Part shown: positions 57,318 to 64,000 of the stretch, one piece after another
Layout: each line of letters opens with the position of its first letter
Position numbering within the stretch: position 1 is the first letter of the stretch
IMG/VR virus record: IMGVR_UViG_3300013426_000025
Location: 41,702-105,701 of that record
DNA: 64,000 nucleotides
Source of the DNA: a virus
Taxonomy: Duplodnaviria > Caudoviricetes
Reading direction: 5' to 3' (one strand)
The notes under the pieces: generated by a model
Seen by the model: only the letters and a program-made list of their open reading frames with translations
Told to the model about the DNA's origin: nothing
Database searches by the model: none
Translations under genes and position numbers: made by a program

Positions 57318-58185
57318 AATAAGTAGACCTTCTCATGTTAATACAGGTAATACAATAGATTCTTCTGCTGTATCAAAGATTAATAAGGTTCTTAGTTCTG
57401 GAAGTAATAGATGTATTACTTATATAAAGGACGGTATCTCTTGGCCTAAAAATGGTTATTGGATAGATTTTGGCAGTATTACACTGCCAGGTAATACAGA
57501 TTTAACAGAGGGAATCCCTATTAATAATGATGTACTTATCCAAAAACTTAATACTAAACTTACTTTTACAGAAAGAGAGTATGTGAAAAAATCTTTCAGT
57601 GCAGGCAGTAAAGTAGTTAGTGATAATACTGTAACTTATCAAAAACCAAGAGTATATCTGCTGATAAACTTCATTGTTGGCAATAAAAATTATTTGAAAG
57701 TTTTATGGCTTAAGAATTGTGATATTAAGTACAAAAAAGCAAAAGATAATACAGATATTGAACCTAAATTTATAGTATCTGACAATCTTAGTTTTTCCTT
57801 AGTAAATGCAATATTTCCTAAGAAATACACAAAATTCTATATTAAAGGTAATAAAAAAGAATCTTATGTATTTAAAGGAAGACCTGTAAAAATAAAAACC
57901 GATAATGACACAGAGACTTGGTATGAAGTAGTTAGTGTTTCACAATTAAAAAATACAACTCTAAATGATTCAAATGTGAGTCGTAGTATTGCATTAAAAA
58001 ACTCTTTGAAAAAAGGAGGAGTAAATGTTGCTGCTGCAAATGCTATTACAAGGGCAGCAAAAAGTGGTTTGTTTAATGTAACTACAAAAGCAAATGTTTT
58101 AAATGTCATTGAAAAGAATTATTTAACTTCTATTGGCTATAAAGTAGAAGAAACAGAAAATTCAACTAAAATCAGTTGGGTATAA
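57310..58185 (+). CDS. Basic hypothetical protein
   Basis: About 291 aa from ATG 57310. Confidence 0.6.
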   Translation: MDEISRPSHVNTGNTIDSSAVSKINKVLSSGSNRCITYIKDGISWPKNGYWIDFGSITLPGNTDLTEGIPINNDVLIQKLNTKLTFTEREYVKKSFSAGSKVVSDNTVTYQKPRVYLLINFIVGNKNYLKVLWLKNCDIKYKKAKDNTDIEPKFIVSDNLSFSLVNAIFPKKYTKFYIKGNKKESYVFKGRPVKIKTDNDTETWYEVVSVSQLKNTTLNDSNVSRSIALKNSLKKGGVNVAAANAITRAAKSGLFNVTTKANVLNVIEKNYLTSIGYKVEETENSTKISWV

Positions 58186-58545
58186 ATGGATAATGTAAAA
58201 GTTTGTGCAAGTTTTATACTTCCAGGAAGTAAAATACCTGCCGAGTACTCATACTCAAAAAATGGGAAAAAGAAAGTAAATAAAAATATTGAATATGTAC
58301 AACAAACAGTAAGATTGAAGAGTGGTAAAAACCAAGTTATCAATCTTATTAAACCTATACCAGCAAAACAATCCATTAAAATAACTAAGGAGGCTTATGA
58401 TTTTTGGATTGAAACTCCAGTATCAGGAATGAATACCAAGTTTTGGAATAATATGTCCAAAACATTTAGGGTTAAACATCATCTGATGGAGATTGCTAAG
58501 AGTATTGGTGGAGAATTAGATGATTTTGAAATTATGAAGGATTAA
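58186..58545 (+). CDS. Conserved crAss hypothetical protein
   Basis: PAKQSIKITKEAYDFW..W..MSK..R..HL motif; near the SF2 helicase gene. Confidence 0.6.
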   Translation: MDNVKVCASFILPGSKIPAEYSYSKNGKKKVNKNIEYVQQTVRLKSGKNQVINLIKPIPAKQSIKITKEAYDFWIETPVSGMNTKFWNNMSKTFRVKHHLMEIAKSIGGELDDFEIMKD

Positions 58546-58546
58546 T

Positions 58547-58735
58547 ATGAGTGATGATTTAAAGGTTTCTTTCATCATTATTATTTGTATGTGTATTTAT
58601 GCAGGTGTTGCTGTATTGTACACATACAAACCTCATCTTGTGAGAATACAGAATAATGGTAGAAAGTATTTAGGAATTGAATATTTTGATTTAGGAGGTA
58701 ATTTAATATATCATAAAATTTTAAGATATTTGTAA
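58547..58735 (+). CDS. Small membrane protein
   Basis: 62 aa, N-terminal TM. Confidence 0.5.
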   Translation: MSDDLKVSFIIIICMCIYAGVAVLYTYKPHLVRIQNNGRKYLGIEYFDLGGNLIYHKILRYL

Positions 58736-58739
58736 TAAC

Positions 58740-59951
58740 ATGAACAGTCATAAATTATCCAGGGAGTCTATTTTTGAAGACATAAAAAGTGTACAGTCAA
58801 ATCACATATTGTGTGAACTTCCTACAGGAACAGGTAAATCAAAAATTGCCCTGGATTTTCTTCATTTCAAGAACATACAGGGTAAGATATTGATTGTAGT
58901 ACCAAGATTGGTATTGATTAATAACTGGATTGATGAGTTTAAGAAATGGGGTTATGACTCATATCTTAATAATGTAGAATTTACCACTTATATCAGTGTA
59001 GTAAAATTTGCTAATAAACACTTTGATATTGTAATCTTTGATGAGGCACATCACCTCACAGAGAGAGCAATATCAGGTGTTGAAACTATAATATCTACTT
59101 ATACTATTCTTCTCTCAGCAACTGTAACAAAGGAACATAAAATAACTTTGAAATCTATATGGCCTGATTTATATGTATATACAGTAAGAATGAGGCAAGC
59201 CATAGAAGATAATATACTACCTGACCCAAAAGTAGTATTAATACAATTAAAGTTGAATAATACTGATATTACAGAGAGTTATGTGTTAAATCCAAAGAGC
59301 AGTAATCTCCCTATTCCTATATCTTATAATGATAGGTTTAAGTACCTAAAATCTAAGACAAGATGTATTGTAAAATGTACTCAACAACAATATTATGATA
59401 TGTTGTCTTATGAGGTAGATAAATGTAAATCTTTATATCATAGAACAGGTAATAAGGGATTTTATTTTATGTGGCAAAAAGCAGCAGGTGACAGACTGAA
59501 ATATTTATCAAGTATTAAGAATGAAACTGCCCTTAGAATACTTAGAGGGTTAGATAATTACAGAACTCTTACTTTCTGTAATAGTATAGAACAAACTAAG
59601 CAATTAGGTAAGTACTGTATTAATAGTGCTAATGACAAATCTATTGAATATTTGGATAAATTTAACAGGCATAAAATTAATCACATCACTGCTTGTAATA
59701 TGGTTAATGAAGGTGTTAACTTGGTAGATTGTCAAGTAGGTATATTTGTTGCTATAAATAGTTCAGACATTATGATTAAACAGAAGAATGGACGTATTTT
59801 AAGACATCAAAAACCTATTATCATTATTCCTTATTACACAGGCACAAGAGAAGAAGAAATAGTAGATAAAATGTTGCTCAATTATAATCCTTCCTTAGTA
59901 GTTAAAGCAAAAACATTAAGGGAGTTAAAAAATGAAGTTAGTAATAGATAG
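58740..59951 (+). CDS. Superfamily 2 (DEAH) helicase
   Basis: LPTGTGKS, IFDEAHH, LSAT, NEGVNL and QKNGRILR. Confidence 0.85.
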   Translation: MNSHKLSRESIFEDIKSVQSNHILCELPTGTGKSKIALDFLHFKNIQGKILIVVPRLVLINNWIDEFKKWGYDSYLNNVEFTTYISVVKFANKHFDIVIFDEAHHLTERAISGVETIISTYTILLSATVTKEHKITLKSIWPDLYVYTVRMRQAIEDNILPDPKVVLIQLKLNNTDITESYVLNPKSSNLPIPISYNDRFKYLKSKTRCIVKCTQQQYYDMLSYEVDKCKSLYHRTGNKGFYFMWQKAAGDRLKYLSSIKNETALRILRGLDNYRTLTFCNSIEQTKQLGKYCINSANDKSIEYLDKFNRHKINHITACNMVNEGVNLVDCQVGIFVAINSSDIMIKQKNGRILRHQKPIIIIPYYTGTREEEIVDKMLLNYNPSLVVKAKTLRELKNEVSNR

Positions 59952-60519
59952 TGAAGTTTGTAAGAAATATAATCTTACTTTAGAAGAAGTTTTGGTACTT
60001 TATCTTTCTTATAAGGAAGTGGATGTCTGCGATGTTGTAGAATCAATTCTCAGTAAGAACGTTGGTTATAAGAATCTATATAATGACAAACTGATTGTTC
60101 TTGGTAGTAATGCAAGAGAATTATTACAGAGTATTATAGTAGATTCTAATAACACAGTAAAAGGTCAAGGAGATAAAAGATTTGAGATTTTGGCTAATAA
60201 ACTCAGAGACATTTATATTCCTGGTAAGAAAGAAGGTACTCAAGATTACTTCAAGGGTTCTTCTAAGGAGATTATAAGCAAGTTAAAAAAGTTTTTTATT
60301 GAATATGGTGACTTCACTGATGAGCAAATAATTAATGCCACAAAGAAATATATTGATTCTTTTAATGGCGATTATAAATATGCACAACTTTTAAAGTATT
60401 TTATATCAAAGAAAGTTGATGGAGAAAAAGGTTCTAGGTTGTTTGCATATATTGAAAATGCAGACCAAGAAGATTTAGGTAATGAAAATAATGTAGATTG
60501 GACTAATACTCTGAGATAA
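59932..60519 (+). CDS. Conserved replication-associated protein (possible initiator/helicase loader)
   Basis: 195 aa, LRDIYIPGKKEGT..LLKYFISK; coupled to the helicase gene. Confidence 0.5.
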   Translation: MKLVIDSEVCKKYNLTLEEVLVLYLSYKEVDVCDVVESILSKNVGYKNLYNDKLIVLGSNARELLQSIIVDSNNTVKGQGDKRFEILANKLRDIYIPGKKEGTQDYFKGSSKEIISKLKKFFIEYGDFTDEQIINATKKYIDSFNGDYKYAQLLKYFISKKVDGEKGSRLFAYIENADQEDLGNENNVDWTNTLR

Positions 60520-61152
60520 TGGAATTATTTGATAGAACACAAAAGCATCTTAAAGAGAATAGAGAAAATGTACTTAATGGTAATATAAATTCTATCCCTT
60601 CTCCTTTTGAAAGTTTTAGAGAAGATTTTATTGGCTTAGAGCGTAGTACATATTATACTATAACATCTTTCAGTAAGGGAGGCAAGACTCAATTTACTCT
60701 GTATTGGTTATTTGAGACTTTGTTATACTCTATAAATAATGGAAATGTAAGTCTCAAGGTGTTTTATTTCCCATTAGAGGAAGATGATGAGAAAATCTTA
60801 CTTAGATTTGAATCTTATTTACTTTATAAACTCAATAAGATAAGAGTATCTCCAAGAGATTTAAAGAGTACTGTTGTAGGTAAACCTGTATCTCAAGATA
60901 TTTTGAATTTGCTTGAAAGTGATGAGTATCAATTTTATATTAAAGCATTTGAGAAGCATTTTGAGTTTAATAAAATGTATAATCCCACAGGCATTTACAA
61001 GACAGTAAAACAATATGTGCAGAATCATGGTAAAGTCTTTTATAAGACAATACCACAAAAAGATGATTTTGGAGAAAATAAAAAAATCTTTGATTATTAC
61101 GTTCCTGATAATCCAAATGAATTTGTTGTTGTTGTTGTTGACCATATTAGCT
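60519..61152 (+). CDS. dnaB: DnaB-like replicative helicase, exon 1
   Basis: Walker A-like SKGGKT, YFPLEE and VVVVDHIS; interrupted after ATTAGCT. Confidence 0.8.
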
Positions 61153-61258
61153 TGAAAACCAGGCGTTTTATATAGTAATATATAAAATTATGAACGAGCA
61201 AAATCGGTGAAGACTAAAAATAAAAAATTAACATAATCAAAAATTTTTAATTATTCTA

Positions 61259-61289
61259 TTGCAATTCTGGATAAATTAATATAACTTTG
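61259..61289 (+). promoter_or_regulatory. Bacteroidota-type promoter inside the intron, driving the endonuclease
   Basis: ttgc-aattctggataaattaata-taactttg, 33 nt before the ATG. Confidence 0.7.
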
Positions 61290-61322
61290 TACTACTTTTA
61301 AATACAAAAAATTATTTTAATT

Positions 61323-62192
61323 ATGCAGAGAACAATAGAATTTGTTAATCAACTTGTAAGGGAATATCAAGAAGGAGTATCTTTAGTAGACTTAAGTTTA
61401 AAATATCATACTGATGCTCATTATCAATTTAAAAAACACGGTATAAAAGCAAGAAAACTAGGAGAGCAAAAGATAATAAATAGGAAAAATTGTATAAGTT
61501 TAAATTGGTATTGTGAATGTATAGCCAATGAAGAAGAAGCGTACATAATGGGAATGTTATATGCAGATGGTTATATAACACGACAACAATTAGGATTGAA
61601 ATTAAAAGAAAATGATAAGAACTTAGTAGAAAAAATAAAAAATTATTTTTCAAAGGATATAAAATTGCAATACGATAAAAAACGTAAGGTTTATTCATTT
61701 GTTGTATCTTCAACCACTGTCATTAAAAATTTGGAAAAACTTGGATTTCTTAGACAGAAATCTAAGAAAGAACTTCAAATTCCAGATATGCCTGATAATC
61801 TAAAAAGACATTTTATTAGAGGGTATTTTGATGGTGATGGTAGTATATATATATGTAAGAAAAATAATAAATCGGCTTATCTAAAAAGTTATATTTACTC
61901 TCCTACTATAAGTATTCTTCAGGATATGCAAAAAACATTTGAGTTTAATTCTATCAGTAGTTCTATAAATAAAGAGCAAAGAAAAGGAAAAGTACTTAAA
62001 TGTTTTGACCGTGAAGTTGTTGCCTCTATGGATATGTACAGATTATTCATAAGGAAGAAAAAAGATTTGAAAAAATTATATAATTTCTTCTATAAGAATT
62101 GTACAATTTTTATGGAAAGAAAGAAAAAAGTTTTTGATGAAAATTTTGGTATGTTAGATTATATTCATGTTAATACCGAGGTAAACTCTTGA
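61323..62192 (+). CDS. LAGLIDADG homing endonuclease (two motifs)
   Basis: AYIMGMLYADGYI and HFIRGYFDGDGSI, with C-terminal MERKK. Confidence 0.9.
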   Translation: MQRTIEFVNQLVREYQEGVSLVDLSLKYHTDAHYQFKKHGIKARKLGEQKIINRKNCISLNWYCECIANEEEAYIMGMLYADGYITRQQLGLKLKENDKNLVEKIKNYFSKDIKLQYDKKRKVYSFVVSSTTVIKNLEKLGFLRQKSKKELQIPDMPDNLKRHFIRGYFDGDGSIYICKKNNKSAYLKSYIYSPTISILQDMQKTFEFNSISSSINKEQRKGKVLKCFDREVVASMDMYRLFIRKKKDLKKLYNFFYKNCTIFMERKKKVFDENFGMLDYIHVNTEVNS

Positions 62193-62345
62193 ATAACGAA
62201 AGGTCAAGAGTCACCGTAACGCATAGGTCTTGAATAAATATAATAGACCCAAGAGTGTTCGTTATCCCATGTGGATAAAAATTTATGCTGAGCTTATAAG
62301 AAATTATAAGAACTATAAGATAAAAAACTTATAGGATAACATTTG

Positions 62346-62821
62346 TGGTAACTGAAGAGAGTGGACTGAGCCTTAAAGCATCTCTTGACAGATTGTCAAA
62401 ATATATGATAGAATTAAGAAATAATTACGGTGTATCTCCTGTAATTATCCAACAGCAAAGTACTGTAAATGAGTCTAACGACAGTCAGAAATTAAAGAAT
62501 ATCAGACCAAGTAGTAGAGGTTTATCAGATTCCACATATATCGCAAGAGATACCAATATCCTATTAGGATTATTCAGTCCTTTTAAATTTGGTCTTCATG
62601 AATACTTTGGATATAATATTGAGAAGTTTAAAGATAAAATAAGGTTCCTTGAAGTATGTGTAAACAGAGATGGTGAGTGTGGAGGTATTAAAGCACTATA
62701 TTTTGATGGTGCTACTAATACTTTTGTAGAATTACCACCACCATTGACTGAAGATAAAAAACCTAATCCAGAACTTGATAAATGGTATAAATACTTAGAT
62801 AAAATAAACAAAGAAAAGTAA
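62346..62821 (+). CDS. dnaB: DnaB-like replicative helicase, exon 2
   Basis: PVIIQQQS, GLSDSTYIARD, NRDG and LYFDGA; the spliced CDS is 369 aa. Confidence 0.8.
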
Positions 62822-62822
62822 T

Positions 62823-63503
62823 ATGGCAAATATTGCAATTATTTTAGGTAAAAGTGGTACTGGTAAGTCAACCAGTATTAAAACGCTTGACCCTAAATCA
62901 ACTGTAGTACTTAATGTACTAGGTAAAAGATTGCCTTTTAAAGGCAGTCAGAGTCTGTATAATGCAGAAAATAAGAATTTGTTTCAGGTAGAGGATAGTC
63001 CTTCTGTAATTTCAATTCTTAAAAATATTGGAGATAAAGCCCCTCATGTACATAATGTAGTTATAGATGACTCAATATATATCATGCGTAAGGAGTACTT
63101 TGCTAGAGCAAAGGAGGCAGGATATAACAAATATACAGAATTAGCACAACATTTCCAACAAATTGTTACAACTTGTGAGAAATTAAGAACAGACTTGAAC
63201 ATTTTTCTTATCTTACATAGTGAGGATATTCAATCTGATAAAGTGACAGTAGGTTATAAAGTTTCTACTATTGGAAATTTGCTTGACCAACAATATAATC
63301 CAGTAGAAGTTGTACCAATGGTATTATTTTCTGCCATAAAATATGATGATAAAGGAAATCCTCAATATGGTTTTTATACACATAGATGTATGCAAGGAAG
63401 CGTAGAAATACCAGCAAAGACTCCAGATGGTATGTTTGAAGAGGATTTCATTCCTAATGATTTGGGTTATGTTGTAAAGAAGATGGAAGAGTATTATAAT
63501 TAA
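62823..63503 (+). CDS. AAA-family ATPase (Sak4/AAA_24-like)
   Basis: GKSGTGKST, VVIDD and AKTPDGMF..IPNDL. Confidence 0.8.
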   Translation: MANIAIILGKSGTGKSTSIKTLDPKSTVVLNVLGKRLPFKGSQSLYNAENKNLFQVEDSPSVISILKNIGDKAPHVHNVVIDDSIYIMRKEYFARAKEAGYNKYTELAQHFQQIVTTCEKLRTDLNIFLILHSEDIQSDKVTVGYKVSTIGNLLDQQYNPVEVVPMVLFSAIKYDDKGNPQYGFYTHRCMQGSVEIPAKTPDGMFEEDFIPNDLGYVVKKMEEYYN

Positions 63504-63526
63504 TATAATTTAATCAATTAAACAAA

Positions 63527-63955
63527 ATGAATTTAAATTCTTATGACCGAATGGCTATTAAAAATGCTGCAAAAGCATGTAGTCATTTTAACACAAAAAA
63601 GCAAGTCCTTGTAAAGAAACAAGAAGAACTTCAACAACAAATTAATGAACTTGATAATACTATTGCTGAATATAGTAAGGCAGTAATAGAGAAAACAGGT
63701 TTTGCACCTCTTGACCTTGTAGAGAAGGTTGGTACTACTTGGGTATTTAAATATCCTGATACAATCATTCCTACAGAAAACGAAACAGAAAAGAAAGAGG
63801 AAGAAGAGGTAAATTCTCCTGTAGGGCTTGGAGATAAACTCCTTCAAGCACAAGAGCAACCAGAGGAACTTCCTCAAGTACCTGAAGAGGTTATTGTAGA
63901 TAATATTGAAAAAACAGAAAAAGATTTTGTAGACCCATTTAACAATTTGTATTAA
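63527..63955 (+). CDS. Hypothetical coiled-coil/acidic protein
   Basis: 142 aa. Confidence 0.6.
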   Translation: MNLNSYDRMAIKNAAKACSHFNTKKQVLVKKQEELQQQINELDNTIAEYSKAVIEKTGFAPLDLVEKVGTTWVFKYPDTIIPTENETEKKEEEEVNSPVGLGDKLLQAQEQPEELPQVPEEVIVDNIEKTEKDFVDPFNNLY

Positions 63956-63957
63956 TT

Positions 63958-64000
63958 ATGGCATTTTCAACAGGTAAACAATCAACAGAAGCATCTTCTA
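63958..64000 (+). CDS. Start of probable crAss single-stranded DNA-binding protein (truncated by the window edge)
   Basis: MAFSTGKQSTEASS; N-terminus and position typical of the crAss SSB. Confidence 0.4.
   Translation, partial: MAFSTGKQSTEASS

Larger units (their letters stand above)
61153..62345 (+). mobile_element. Group I intron carrying a homing endonuclease
   Basis: P1 gctTG-aaaac-CAGGC with a U.G pair at the 5' splice site; core elements aaaatcggtgaa, aataccgag, gtaacgcatag and ttatgctgag; P3 aacgagca/tgttcgtt; terminal G at 62345; splicing restores DHIS-L-VTEESG. Confidence 0.85.

Noticed and set aside
61153-61175. Helicase C-terminal KTRRFI* and a separate 158-aa gene at 62345
   Set aside because: Artefacts of the group I intron; both pieces are exons of one helicase

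Overview
This 64-kb window is an AT-rich part of a crAss-like bacteriophage genome (Crassvirales). The major capsid N-terminus (MAGKLGKFQ) and the gene order resemble the phiCrAss001/Steigviridae type, and the promoters point to a Bacteroidota host. The standard genetic code reads the genes. Positions 1-43.3 kb are a minus-strand late/structural block: cargo protein, split muzzle gene, ring proteins, fibres, tail hubs, auxiliary and major capsid, an uncharacterised six-gene operon, lysis genes, portal, TerL, GroES-like, three tRNAs and a modular lytic-transglycosylase cargo protein. This block carries regularly spaced Bacteroidota-type TTG-N20-TAnnTTTG promoters. Transcription switches strand at about 44.25 kb. 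Around the switch, about 4.5 kb is unusually rich in non-coding structure: two promoter-driven candidate ncRNAs, direct repeats, pseudoknots, tRNAs and an armless tRNA-like minihelix. It also holds a Csx3/Crn3 ring-nuclease-like small gene, a candidate anti-type-III-CRISPR factor. The plus-strand early block is mostly small hypothetical genes. It is followed by replication genes: an SF2 helicase, a DnaB-like helicase split by a group I intron carrying a LAGLIDADG endonuclease, an AAA ATPase and the start of a probable SSB. All product calls come from motif recognition and recalled synteny, not from database searches.
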